Assembly (NCBI GenBank): GCA_002633005.1
Contig: NMRA01000003.1
Coordinates: forward strand, 72,458 to 136,457
Direction of reading: 5' to 3'
From: Phoronis australis
Lineage: Eukaryota; Animalia; Phoronida
DNA: 64,000 bases
Below the pieces are notes generated by a model. That model ran no database searches and had not been told where the DNA came from. It saw only the letters and a program-made list of their open reading frames with translations. Positions within the stretch are counted from its first letter, which is position 1, and each line of letters opens with the position of its first letter. Positions 24,859-39,800 of this stretch are shown piece after piece. Made by a program: the position numbers and the translations under genes.

Positions 24859-27800
24859 ATGGATAGAAGCAAACTTCCTATAGGAAAAAGGCCAATGAAG
24901 GGCAAAGGTAACATTTGCACTTGGTTATTGCAGGATAACTTGTGTTATTCTTATATGTCGCTTGTCCCGAGTTAGTGGGCTTTCAGTTTCAGCGCCGTGA
25001 AATATAGCGTCACCTATTGGTCAGTTTCTGTTTTCGCCGATTTCTCAATCAAGTGGGTAATTGTTTACAATATGGCAATTGACCTACACATATGATTTTA
25101 GTTATTTTTAGTATCGTTCAATTCTGTCTATCGTTTTTCATTCCAAGAATTATATGAATGTGTCCCCTATCGCGTTTCCTCACTATTTTATCATCAAAAT
25201 TCTGTTTGCACTATTTCCCAGCTGACACCGCCATGTTCGATCAACTCAAGATTATAGTGTCACCTATTGCTAATAAATGAAACAGCACCTTCGACTCTGA
25301 ATGATGTTCTTGCCGGCGCGAGATTCACCATAATGTTTTCCTGAGGTACACTAGCTGCAACATGGCGCAACATAGCCATAAGGCAGCAATTCATTTGACC
25401 CTTCTTCTACAAAATTTCCTGAAGTGATAAGTCTACCTTTTTCATGAAATAGGACTTCAAAAACAAACCCTTATTTGCAGATTTTTGTTAGTGGATGTGT
25501 ACCAGGGCCACCATAGGAGTTCGAACCCTTGGGGCTGTAACTCGGGCCTGGGGTCGACATGTCAGTTTGAACTCATAGAAGAGCGATGCACTGCAGAATG
25601 GTATTTGTGCCGGTAGATTAGTTCAGTTTTTGGCTGCTAGACAACTCCTTTCATTCAACATGGCTTTATCTACCGGAAAATAGTGCAAGCAAAAATTTGA
25701 TGATAAATACTAAGGGAATGGGGTAGGAGACATTTTCATGTATTATTGGAATGATAACGATGCGAGGAATCGAACGATACCAAAATCATGTTCATAGGTC
25801 AATTCGTCATATTGTAAACAATTACTATCAACTGTTCTTGTTTGGCAGGATTGCGTACATGTCACTACAAATTATCGAAAGTGGTTTCACCTCCTCGTAA
25901 GTTTTTAGTATTTTAATACACAGCAAACCAAATTTCAGAACAAACTTTGCTGCTGCAAAGCTGCCATCTTCTCCCGAGAGATTAGGAAAAGGCGCGTGCT
26001 CATGTCATGAGCATACACTGTTTTCAAAATAACAATAGACTTTTCTGTGTTTCTAATGATAGAAAATTATGCAAAAAATGACATTCATTAGACTGTTTTT
26101 CTCTTAAACGGCTGTTGACTTTCAGATTTTGCTTGCACTCCTACCAGTGGTTAGTTCTACATGTTTCTATGAGTTTCACGACGAGTTGACGAGCAGAACT
26201 ACGGCAACTACCCATGTGGTGTGAAATTTCGAGGTCTATTGGAACTTAACACACAGTCATTCCTTGGCAATTATATCGCCTTGTAACGCTGCAAGCCTAC
26301 AGGGGTGATACTAAACCCCATAAAAAATACTCATCCCAAAATAACGTGAATAAAATCGAATGAAACATGCATACATACACATGGAGTTATAATAAACACA
26401 TACCATGACTCTAGAGACACTTTAATCAATGTGATTTGAAGATATCCATGAAAATCTGTTGTGGTTCGCTCGAGCTTTTCTCACCGCCTCTCACCGTGTG
26501 CGCCTGTTGACAAAGAAATAGTCCAACGGACACAAATCTTACAACTCCACCTGACATGTTCATATGCTATTTTTTGCAAGTGTCATGCACTAGGTCATGC
26601 ACTTTGCTCAGTCTCGCGCTTGTCCTTGCCTTACTGACACAACGTCAGTTGAAATACTTTATGATTATCGCGCGCAGTGAAAAAGTTGGTGACCAAAAAA
26701 AGTGTTGTCGGAATTCTTCGCCAAGGTCATCTTAATACCTGTAGACATACTTCATCGAAGATATGCTTAGCCTTAGATACAGGAAGGATCACTCAAAGAA
26801 AAATACGTTTTTTAAGTGATAGACAAGGTGAAAACGACTTATTCGGTGACTGTATTTCAGCTACTGCCCGTTCAAAAAACATGGGATGAAATTAGTACAG
26901 AAAGTGGTGGGGAGTATTGTAGCCCCTGTACAGCCAGCCGAGGGGCTATGTGTTGCCTAAGAGGTTGTTAGCTGTATTTTTGACATTAGCCTTCATACAA
27001 CTATTAGTCAGTCAACTAGATAGTACTACTGGTACCTTGCCAACTGGCCCCAGTAGAGACTGTGCTCATCCCATAGGCCCTCCATACACTGAAAGTTTTC
27101 TGGCAAATTATGCCTCATGATGATTAAACCATCAAAGTCATGGTGCACGTAGAGGGACACCTTAGGAAACTGATTAATGTCTTTAACTCTTCACAGCTTG
27201 AACAAATACTCCTACAATCAAACTTTTTTCGAACAGTCTTTTGTTCTGTTGCACAAATCAGCATCTGGTCTCTTTCATGCTGCTCGCATCAGAGGATATG
27301 ACGTCATACCAGCCGGTTAGCTACCTATAGCTGAATGAAGACTGCTATCAAAATGCAGCTTAGAACCACTGTGTGTTTTGTTCCAATTGACCTTGAAATT
27401 TCACATCAATTGAGTCACGTCACCTGTTGCACAACTAGCAACATGTAGAATGGGACTTAGGAGTCAACCGACACAACACGTTTCCAGATGCAGCCATTAA
27501 GTGAAAAAAACATCTAGTACACTTCATTTTTTTATTAATTCTCCTTTCAAAACAGTATGCTTGTGTCATGTGCAGGCAAGTCATGCATCATTTGCTCAAT
27601 TTTTTGTGACATCCACCAATTTCTTTAAATTTCTGATTTAAACGCCCATCTCAGGAGTAAGGACCCACCCCCTGATTTCCAGGCTCGCCAATTTAAGCGC
27701 CTGTGTCTATGATACTAATACTAACTAATAGATAATTTTGTTGAATGAGTGAAATTCTACTACAGTTCAGGTATTTGGCTGAATTTGCAGACTTGTCGTA

Positions 27801-30800
27801 ACTTCCCTGCATTAGTACATAACCTTAACTTCTAATCTTGGTTCTCAAAATATTTTCTCTTTTCAGGCCATGCTCCTCCTGGGGATTTTATTGCTTTGGG
27901 TAAGGATATACTTTTTGATTGTGAGTGATAAGTGCTCTAATCTTACTGATTATACATATGTAACAAGTGCATGAATACCAACAGAACAAGATGACATTAC
28001 TCTATATTAACAATAGGTGGCACACCACACAAGTTAAACATTAACAACGTCTTCCCTGTTCCAAGAAAATCCAAAATGTTTGTGTTGTTTTATATCCATG
28101 AGTGGTGTCATGTAAGGCTCATTGATGAACTTTGAGAGACAGTTCAGTTGCAATGTGGTTAGAAGACTTCCATTTTCTGTTCATGTGAAATTTGTATCTT
28201 TTGTAATACTTTGCATTGTCTGTAACCAGGCATTCAGGGATGTTGTGGCATGCAAATATCGAGTTTAAGAACAGTGATTACTAATCTAATGCTACTATTG
28301 TTTTGGAGGACTTTTCATCTCAGTTAAGAGTAATATTTGGTTCAAATGACATAAACAGGACCTTCTTACCTTGCCAAAGGCTTGTTGTGTATTTCATGTG
28401 GCCACTTTGGTTGAAAGTACTTTCTAACAGTTTGTGCTCCACACCGAGGTTGGTATTTGCAGATCCTCTACCACTTGAATGTTAAGCAGGCCCTCATCTG
28501 TGTGTTGGCCAGGGAATTCAAATGGACACCATGACTCAAATTTAGACACCCTAACTGGGACGCCTGTTGAGGATTTGGATGGCTTCAGTATTGGAAGCAT
28601 TTTGCTCGATTTTATGCTATCAGGGAACTCATTGGCCTGTATGGAATAACAATATTCTTTTAAAATATGATGTTACAGACCCATATATCCACAGTAAAAT
28701 AGCACACTTTCTTTGTGGGTCATAAAAAAGCGGTCATGAGTAATTGATTATGAACACCCTGAGAAATTGGGGAACCCATTTTGGATGCCTTTTTTGAAGT
28801 CCTGGTTGAACCCCAGTATGCTAGAGAAAAAGTGACATAGGCAACTTCAGCTGGCAAGGAGAAGACTTTTGAAGTCAGAATGTTTTTATGGCTTGGGCAT
28901 ATAATGTTGTGACTGCAGTGTTGTATTTTCAAAAACGTCATTAAATTAATATTGCAGGAAAGTCCAAATCAGGATCAGAGCCTGATGTTAGCCGCTTACA
29001 GTCCACGTCTGTTCAGCAGAAGAAACTTCTGGGACTTGGCAAACGCGACAGTCCAACACCTCCTATCGGTGCAAGTCTTGTCTCTAAGAAGCCCAAGTTA
29101 TCCAGTCAAACTTTCACCCCTTTGGGACGACAGGAAGGGAGAAGTCATTCTCCTGCATTGCTGGCCACGCAGTATGAAGAATATGCATTGGAATGTATGT
29201 TTAACACTAACAGACCTGTGTTGCATCAAAACTATCAGATATTTAGTTACAGCCTGTGGTTATGAAACTCTAGTCACTGAATTATATTGATAAAAAATAA
29301 TTGCAGGCAGTGTGGTATATGTTGTACCAGATATGCGCAAGCCACTCTGGTCAGCCCATCACACTGATCACCTGTAACCATTTTATGGCTTATTAAAACT
29401 GAGCTGAGAACCTAGATACCTGACTCAAAGGTATAGCAGTGTGCCTCAGTGGAATTCGAACCCACAACCTTGAATAAAGGAAGTACACACTTGTCCTACT
29501 AGGCCACACTGCTTCCTAAATATTTTGACTTGTCACAGGAACATTTTCCAATATTCAACGGACTCTTCCATAAGTTCTTCACTTTGATGCAATTGAAAAT
29601 TCGGCTATCGCGTGAAATTCATGCTATCAGTTGTGGTGACACTTGTTTACCTGCTGTTGAATGTTGTAGGTGAGACAGTAGACCTGCTGGAGAATATTCT
29701 GGAAGCTGAAGAGTGCGGAGATGATGAGAGGATTGAAGGCTTGCTGTGTGGAGCTGTGAAATCACTAAAGGCCAACCGCACTAAACCTGATCAAATACTT
29801 GTTCTTACTCTCATGTCCTTGGCCAAGACCAAGTCGTCAATGTTCCAGAGTGAGATAGTCTGTGATGTAAGTATCACTTTATAATGTTAGTATTTGGCAG
29901 CTGTTAAGTTAGTGCACAATGACTTGATACTGTTAAAATGTCTTATTTGCATATGCTTTACGCAGTACAATTTGCTTAAATTATTAACTACTTTCGTCCC
30001 TTGGAAAGATCCATTTTGTCCAGGAAACATTATGCATTGAAATATTGCCATTAATGATGTTACTTTGTTTCTGACACTTCGTTTTGGTTTGTCAGGCTTT
30101 CTGTACACTGCTACGGAAGGAACCAATGTCAGCTTACAAAATAAAGAGCCACCCCCTTATACCTGTGCTGTGTGCCAATGTGCTTATGGCAGCCTTCCAA
30201 GATGAAGAGAATTGGCCAGACTCCATGGTCAAGGTAGGAATTGAGAGAACTTCACAATATTGTTGTTGCCTCGTGTGACTGACCGTTGATAACTTCATTT
30301 TCCTTCAACTGCTGTCGTCACCAAGAACTTGTAGTTTAGCCTCGTTTTCAGTTATTCCAACATCAAGTGTCTGCTTCAATGTAGTATTTTATTCACTTAT
30401 ATCCTACAATACTTCATCCTCACACATATTCAGCTTACCTTCTCTCGCCATATCTGTTTGTGTTATAGCATTAGTTCATTCAATGAACCACCGTTATTTT
30501 TAATGAACCGAGTTATAGAGATAGTCCCAGTAATGTAAAGAAACACAATTTAATCACTCAAATGTAGGCATGTCAAATGATACCATATTGCGTCACAACA
30601 ATAGCAGAACAAACAATGTAAAGTTGAAAGTAGTCGTCCTGATTGGAGGTCTGAATAAAACACCAAGAAATTCTCACAGTGAGGTAGACAAAATAAGTCA
30701 ATAAGCCTGACCGTTGGCAGGTTTATATATTATTCGTGTACTCCTTGTGATGCAGCTTAAAACGTATTGGAGGAACGAAATTCACGTGTTACCAACTAAG

Positions 30801-33800
30801 GTAGGCTTTAAATTCTGCTATAAAACATAAGCGATCATTAAAGCAAACTTGTCATCATCAAGTGTAATCAGTGAAATATAAGATATCCTAATGGTTGTGG
30901 ATTAATATATACAAGTATTTTAAATGAGTAGAATGAAATCAATGTTCATGTCACTGGCTCCGTTAGAATATGAATAATGTAAAGTTACCTTTCTGAGTCA
31001 TGAAATTTGTTCATTACGTGACCTGGGATTGTGAAGCAAAATCATTTATCATATCGCATTTGTAAGTAATTTGTGGTGATGCTTGTGCGTAGGCAGCAGA
31101 AATTTTTTATAAGCACCCGGGCATACCGTGGCTGTAAATCTGCCAGATATCATTATCGTCCATTGACTGCCATTACAGGTGTACGTTGAGGACTGTCTGG
31201 GAGACAGAACGTGGGTGGACCGAACAGACTGTAAGACATTTGTGGAGAACATCGAAACAGCCTTTCAAACCAAACTGCCAACCAAGTCATTATCAGCTGC
31301 CGATGTAGCTCAAGGGCTGGATCAACCTAAACGTAATTATGAAGTGAATTGTTTAGTATGCGATGCCAGCATAGTTTGTGGATTGAAAACATTTTCTCAT
31401 GAACATCTTGTCAAAGTGTTGATTTGTAGCCAGTAGCATGTTTCGCTTATATATAACATAAAGGAGTGTTGATTGTTTCCACTGTCAACAGTGTCACAGT
31501 AGATTATTACACAGTGAAGCTGTTGTTTTCCATGCATAGTCCCCCTGTGGGATTTTAAGGATTTATTACCCTCAAAGTCCCACAGGGCCTTGGTACGGGA
31601 AGAAACTGTCAAGGGCATATATCCCCCTTTTGAGCGCTGAACTTTACGAAACAAACAAAAAATTGGAAATGTTTAAAAGGCAACTTGTCAAGTTATGCTT
31701 GACATCGGTCATCCACGAAACAAACAAACAAAAAATGGAAATGTTTAAAAGCCAACTTGAGATATGCTTGACATTGGTCTTCTCTATGCAGTGCAGTGGA
31801 TCAAACCGCTCATGCGAGTGTCTGCAACGGAACAATGCAGCATGCCCATCATGTTTCCCTGCCAAATCATGATCTCACTAGGGAAATAGCTGTTATGTGT
31901 TATTATCCAATAGTTAATCACTATTCAGAGGTGTGTTTCAGGAAAAGTGACTTAAGACAGAGAGTTGGTCTTAATCTACATCCACATCTGCTGAAAAAGG
32001 CTTAGTCACGTAATTATGAGTGCACTACTATCTAGAAATAATTTATAGACTTTGTCTTGATAACTTGCAGTTATGTGTATATTCTCAGAGACTTTTCACT
32101 TTCACTGAAGTGAGATATAATTATTTTTCAGACTGAGCTAGTTTTGTGGAGCGCAAGCCCAAATTTTTGTTTTAGGTCTTTATGTCACTTTTCATGAAAC
32201 ACAACCCAGATGTGTATTAGGTGGGGATAAACTGTGTTATATAACAACTCATTGGACTTTATTCTTTGTGAATCTAGGCCCTAGCCCTTGCGTCACTCCT
32301 GATGGGGAGGAAAAAACGTTAGCTGTTTCAACTGTAAATGACCCGATGTCATCAGAAATTAGTCTTGAGGCTGATGAGCCAGTGGTCTTCCCTAGGTATG
32401 TCTCACGTGCTTATTGTTATTATTATTATTGTTGTTATTATTACTGTTAAAAACTGGTTCTGACTGTCACCATTAGATAAGTGACAACATCGCTTCAACC
32501 TGCAAGGCATTTTACCTATAGATTTGTCGGTCTTACCACGATATCAGATGAATTGGGTCCCCATTGTACCTGAATGCAATGGTATGTTATTGATATGACT
32601 AAAAGTAGTTTTAATGACTGAAATCAAGTTCAGCTTTTGTGCTAGAAACCATGTCTTAAAAACATGAAATTTTACAAACAAGTGATTTATCGTTGCTGCT
32701 GTCAAGTGTTCGCTGTTACTGGTCAAGTCTGGAATTTTGATCAATTTTAAACTTTTTGGAACAAAAATTTGTTGTATAGAACTTGACGAATAAACTTTAA
32801 AATTTCAGTTTCATTGTGCTGGGGAATGGATGTGTCCTTTTTATTATAATATCCTTCGGTGATATGTGTAATATGGACTATTTAGAAATATCCCTGGCTT
32901 CACCTATGTCTGTTAGAATCTTCCAGTTCATCTGCCAGTGCTTGATTATAGAAAGCTGTACTGGCTTCTCTTCCAGATATCTTTATCAGATGGAAAGTAT
33001 GGAAGCTTATGTGCTGAATGTTGTGCAGGAGCAACTGCAGAGACGGTCATCACTGGACACAGGAAACAGGAACTTACTGAAGCTGCTCACGTCTACCAGT
33101 GGATATGGTGAAGTGAGGCTGATTGCTGCCACACGACTAGAGATGTGGCTACAGAACCCTAAGGTAGTCACTTCTTAATAGCTTCCTGGGTAATGGTCAG
33201 ATATAACGTGCCTGCATTTTGAGAACCAGTTTTCTCCACTGAATAACTGGCATCAAACTTTTACTAAAAATATTGGCGTGTTATATCCGACTATTGCCAC
33301 TTCCTGTCTCCTTCCTATTAATGTGTTCTGTGTTACTGCTGTAGGTGATTCCCTGTTTGAATGTCACTCAATTCTTCTGGCTATTTAGATTGGTAAAATC
33401 TTAATATTTGGGTTATTCTGAGAACACACTATGTAGGAGTATTGNTCTTGTTCAATTATTGTACTTGTCGAGCTGAACTCCAACCACGAAATCATGCCTT
33501 GTCTTAGAAATGATGCACAAGAACCTTAAGTGAATAAAGAAGCTGATAAACATTCGAAATAAGCAAATAGAGCAAGATGCTGACTTAGAAACAGATAATG
33601 TTAGTACTTTGAAATGTTTACTTCCACATGATCTGCTAAATATTCTGTTTAGTCTACAATTTCTACTGTTGTGTATTGAGGAAGTTACATTTAATTGTTC
33701 ACCAGAAATAATTTACTGAATTCAGACTCGACAAATTTCTTCGTTTGCACTCAGTTGTGACTTTGGTTGCAGCTGCAAAAGACAGCTCAAGACTTACTGG

Positions 33801-36800
33801 CTGCTGTGTGTCTCAACTGTAGTCAGCACGATCAGTACGACGTAGAAGTGATGTCACTCATTATTAAGATACGACTGAAAACCAAACCTCTCTTACTTCA
33901 TTATCTCTCATGTTTGAGGTAAGCTGATTGGGAGTGGACATAAAGTCATGTCTGTGAGTGTGTAGGGATGATATATTATAGTGGTTTGAAGTGCACACTA
34001 TCACTTGTGAGGCCTGTGTTGGAATCCTGTGTTGGATGGATGACTACGAGCTTTGTACTCTTGCCTGCATGTGTTCAGTCTTGAGTGCGTGAAATGCTGG
34101 AGTTGTGGTGTGAATGTGTTGTGGGCAGTCGTGGAATGCACTGCTCACCACTCTTCAGGATCATATCCTTGTTACGTTTTTATATTCTGAAAAAGCCCAT
34201 ATCTGAAAGTGTGTATTTCTGAAACAAAACTCCATGTTGTGGTTTTTAGCTAGCCTTGTGCTTTTGTGACGACTCCAGTGGGAGGATAGTCTTTTTGACC
34301 TTTTCTAACCTTATTTGCAGAGATCTGATTGGTCTACATTCTGAGAATGTGAGAACTCTTTTGACGCACACCATATACAATGAGCTCTCCCAGTCGAGGA
34401 ACCCCAATAACATGTCTGTCCTGGCAGAACTGTTCAAACACACTCCAGAGAAGAGTGCTCAGGTAAGCAATTTGCTTATTAAATTTTCAGTTCAGTTTTC
34501 TCGAAAATGTGATGAGATTTTGTAATTTACTGGTTTGACCAGACTTAACCGCTAGCAATCTTCACCAAGTTAAAGCTTTACCAAACAGATGTGTTGTAGT
34601 AAGTATGTCACTGACATAATGATATGATTTTTGAAACTTGTTTCAGATTCTGGCAGAAATATTCCAGGATTTGCTGTCTAACAGAGATGACTACCTGCGT
34701 GCATTGATGGCGCTGTTCCGGGAAATTGTCCGGTCTGTTCGCCATGACATTAATTTCCCAGCATTTTGTTTAGGACTGATGAAGGAAAGGCAGGAAGCCA
34801 AGTTTACAGAGATGGAGTTTAAGGTGACTGGATTTCAGTAAATTTGAGGCTGTTTAATAGATCATCAGTTGTTTGATACCAATAGCAATTTTCAATACAC
34901 ATAGATGTAAAAAAACTCTGAAAGGTGCAGTTGTAAATTTTGAAATCGCGAATATGATCAGTAAATTTGAATACTCAAACTCCCGGCCCATATGCTCAAT
35001 TAACAAAATCAAGTGGGTAACTAACATTGAAGTAAATATTGTGATTTAAAGGAAGGAAAAAGGTGAGCTAAATTTTTTTCTTTGTGAGATTGTTCTAATC
35101 ATTTGCAGACATTCATTTTTATTGCAGCCATTCACAGACATTCATTTTTAGTGCAGTCGTTTGCAGACATTCACTTTTGTTGCAGTCATTTGCTGACATT
35201 CATGTCCTATGTGTTCGTTTCAGGAGCGCTTTGTGTCATCCATAGTTTCTATGATCAGCCTCAGTCAACTGTTGTGTATCACGCCTTCTGTAAAGGAAGC
35301 CTCGGTTATGATGTCTCGCGGGGACGGTAAAGACTTGGCCGTCCTCGGACACTTCCGTCAGCAGCTGGCCATCATACAGAGAGACGCAGTCTGCTGGTTA
35401 CATACTCTTGTGCCCAAACTGACTGATGTCCGCAAAATTGAATACACTCATTAGTATGTTGACTTTTAGCATTTCCTGTTTAATGGCTTTGGGCTATTTA
35501 TTCACACTGTACAAATGATTAAAATTCAGTGAGTCATCTTTGGTGTTGATGTCTAAAAATTACTTAATAGTTGACAAAAAATGTTTGAAAAATGTTTTCA
35601 AAATCTTTTCTGGAAATTAATGTTTTAATTTTCCATAGCTCGAAGCATTTTTCAATTTGTGATTGCTCTAAAGTTAGTTTGCATTGAAAATTGTTGCATG
35701 TTCTAAGTTTTGCTGCTTTTTTTAGCTTGAAGAAGGTATTATTTCTGGAACAAGGGGACCATTACTACAAGGTAGACAACTGGCCCCCAGAGACTGACAG
35801 AAAGTAAGTTTTTGTTTCTTGTGTGTCAGTTACTTATCACATCACATAGGACACATTGGTGGATTAAACGCTGAAATAGCCAGGCATTTTCCTTAAATAA
35901 GGCTGTTCCGCACAGCACCCGTTTGCCACATCACTTGACCTATTGAACATAAGTGAAAAGATTCCCTTCCCTAAGCGGAAGTCAAACCCAGGACCTTCTG
36001 CTAACGGGTTTGGGTCCCGGTTGGGGCAGAAATCTTCAAACTATGTTCATTAGGTTACGTGTTGTGGCCAACAGGTGGCGTGCAGACCAGACTGAGTGCA
36101 ACATCACCTGAGTCAGTGTAATTGTGTATGTCTGAGGTTATCATGGCTTCATCTCATACTTGCAGTATTAATATTTGCCTCTTCTTACACCCTGTTATTT
36201 CACTGCAGTATGATGTTACGCCTGTGCTCAGAAGTGCTTGTTCTGGAGGACACCTTGATGAGAGTTCTGGTGATGGGCATGGCTAGAGATCTCCCTGTCA
36301 ACCCTGCAGATTCACTTGATCTAGCTGACCACTTGATAAAGAGAGCAGCTGCCCTGCACACCCATGGTAGAGTATATTTACGTATTACTTAATGCGCTTC
36401 TATATCCTGGCCAGTATGTTAATAACGGACAGATTGTCAACATGGTTTTCCATATTAATTTCTTGCAACTATATAATTAACAAGCCTATTGTTAGATATG
36501 GAATTATTCCTTGTGATTACATCAATCTTCAGCCATCAAATGGTGTAGTTGCATGATTGTTTATATCTTATCTCCACCTTAGGTAATGAAGTGCTGGTTG
36601 TGGAGAAGCTAGACATGATGGAGGCTATACTCAACCTATCTGCCTACCATCACCCTGACAACATAGCACTGCCCAAGGGGTGAGTGTGCTCTTGTACAGT
36701 CCTACTGTGTCACTGTAGGGTGAATGGTGTATTTGTTGTATTCATCTATACAGTACAAACTAACATGTAATTTGTTGTCCATACTGTGTCTTTGTTGTGC

Positions 36801-39800
36801 AGTCCTGCTGTGACAAATATTCATAAAATTTGGCCTTGAACAACAGTTGTTTCCTGTCAAAGCTATCAACGCAATGCTGCAATGCTGTGCCTTCTACTGA
36901 CAAGTGATTTTTTGCTTCTGCCTCTATGTATAAGATTGTTATGAAAGGTAGTGGGTATGTTTGTATTTGGGATGGGATAGCCACCTTCAACATTTAATAT
37001 ATCTCTATAGAGTGTTGCATCACCTATCTGCCAAATCACTTAAGAGTTGTTTGTGAAATGAAGCACTTGATTTCTATTACAAGTAAGACAGTACACTCTA
37101 ATTTTTGGACAACAGTAACTAGTGCTGCATGCTTTAGTGACAATTATAATTTTTTTCGACGTCCATATTGGTAAAAATTCATGCACTGAAATTGAGCATT
37201 ACTTACTCAAGAAAGATATCACAAACTTGTGGATGACTAGTTTTGCATCTCGTAGAAACTGTTTTAAGTTTACTAGTGGGAATTTTTAAAATAATCGTTG
37301 TCCCTCGTATATGTGCTATATACGATGCACACAGTGGGCACATCAATACTATATGTTGCCCTTAATAACTATAGCTTGTCTCGGAGAATGTGATAAGGGC
37401 CAATGTGACCTTGAATGGGATGGGATGTTTTGAGCATGCTCCATATGTATAACTCCATACAATAAAGTTAATAGTTTTATTTCTAATGAGTGTTGTATCG
37501 TACATCTTGCACTTGCTGCTGAGAAACAAAACTATTGATGCTGATTCTTTGTCAGTATTTGACTACTAGATAGTTATTATGTGAAGATTTTGTGTTACTC
37601 TATGCCAAGTGCAATGCAGGAATGCCGGTTCACACTGTTCTGTATGTCTGTGTGTCCGCTGTTCACTCAGATTGACAATTCACTAGTTTGCTAAATGTGT
37701 CCAACTACATAACTATCATTTTATCCCATCTTTTATCTCATTATATCTCATTGTACAACAGGTATACACCTCCTGAACTGGCCATATCTAACCTATATTG
37801 GAAGGCTTGGACCATGCTTCTCATTTTGTCAGCATTCAACCCATCAACATTTGGTATGTCACTCAATTGTGCAGTATTACTCCAGACACATATCGGGTGT
37901 TTGAAGTCTTGCTAGTCATCACTGTTAGAATAATTAAGCTGCACCGTGTTGTAATGAGACTTTACAGAAAGCATTCATTGGCTTTATATACGATTATATA
38001 GTATGTCAAGTTCTTGTTGTATTTTCAGGTTTTGCTGCTTGGGAAAGTTATCCCACTCTTAAGTATCTGATGGAAATGGCCATGACAAAGTGAGTAGCAC
38101 CTGACTTAATGTGGAATTATCATTAAATGTTACTTTGTAAAGTATGTTTGTGTATAAGAAGAAACATTCTAAAATAATAAAACATGACATTAGTGTGTGT
38201 CTGGGTGTATTCTGTTTCTCTAACCATGTGATACATCTTATGGTAAACACCTCATTATTATTATGCAATGTGTATGGGGGTATTCTGTTCCCTCTAACCA
38301 TGTGATACAGCTTATGGTGAAAACATTAGTTTATGCAATGTGTTTGAGGATATTCTGCTCCCTCTAACCATGTGATACAGCTTGTGATGGACATGTTGGT
38401 TTAAGCAATGTATCTGTGGGTATTCTGTTCCCTCTAACCATGTACTACAGCTTACGATGAGCTCATTAGTTGATGCAAGGAGTTTGAGGATATTCTGTTC
38501 CTCTAACCATTTCGTGCAGAAAATATCATGTGTCTGTCTGGTTTCAGCAACTTCTATTTTCCACCTCCAACTGTGACCATAGATGAGAGAAGTATTGAGG
38601 AGATCAGAACTAAAGAGAAACAGGTATCCATAGTAACATGTCCAGTGTTTACTGTTCAGAACATTATATGCCATAGCCATGTCTGGGAGTTCCTTAATCT
38701 GATATGTGGAGCATAATGCAAATGGGTGTATCTTTTTCATGATGTTTAAACCACAATGGGCCATTTGCCAACTATAAGCAATTGGTTAATGTTAATGGTA
38801 CGGTACGACATTTACAACTTGGAACTCGAATTGATAAAAATTCCCGTTGGTATGTCCTCTTCTTGGCTGGTCAAAGTTCTCTCATTACTTAACAGAAAGT
38901 TTTGAAGTATTGTAAAACCAATCTTTTATATGGGATCCCTTTGTTTGTTGTGTGTCTAACTTGTCTCTCGACTGTATAGTGGAAGAGTCCTTTACTTCTC
39001 TTTAATTGTTTGTGACTTGATGATGTTTCAGACCGTTGAGCTTGATAAACAGCTGATCCTTGAGTTTGAGGGTCATCTGGCCTCCAACACTATCACTGAA
39101 CACAACAGTCTTCTCATATCTCAACTGATTGGCATGAACCCAACGTGAGTACATTCTGCCATCCTGCTTGTGAGATATCACTTACCTTTAGTTTATAATC
39201 ACATTGCCTGTGCTCCTTAACGCTCAGAAACTGATTATTCTAATTCGTATCAATCAAGTCTGCTTTGATGACGTGAACCATAAACAAATCCACTCATGTC
39301 ATAGACATGGACAGTTTGAAACATGTTCTGAGGTCTATTTAAGTGACCTAGTGAATTGTCTCTGTCAATGATTAGATTTGCTGTGCAGTTAATACAAGCT
39401 TTCAAGTTGTTGATAATACAATTTTGTATAATTGAAGGGATTTTTGCAAACAATGTTGGCTGTTGGCCTTTAATTACTGTCTGTTAACTTCAGGCTTTTT
39501 ATGCATTAAGTGTCTTGGTAATCCGTACAAGAGTTATGTTCTTCTTGTTTCAGTGGTACAGCTCGCAAGCCTCCCAAGCACATTGGAGACATGTTAAAGC
39601 ATCTCAACTCTTCTCTCAAACTGGGTCAACTGTTGTGCAGCAGTCGCTCTCCTGACTTTCTCTTAGATACTATTCAAAGACAGGTTTAGAATATTTTGCA
39701 TGCTAGCATATCTTGTTAAGAGTAGGGAAATTGGGTACTAGGTGGCCCATGTTATCATTAACCCAGTCATTTCTATGACATGACACTCGAGCTGATAGTC

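Noticed and set aside
29440-29517. tRNA gene
   Set aside because: It has A/B-box-like motifs but no proper cloverleaf, and it continues into a body shared with 56381-56603, so it is a SINE head.
35452-35454. In-frame TAG suggesting an INTS1 pseudogene or readthrough
   Set aside because: The G belongs to the GT donor (TA|GTATGT). Splicing to 35726 gives TAC and restores the frame.
38200-38510. CRISPR-like repeat-spacer array
   Set aside because: The context is a eukaryotic intron, the 'spacers' are homologous to each other, and no cas genes are present. It is a minisatellite.
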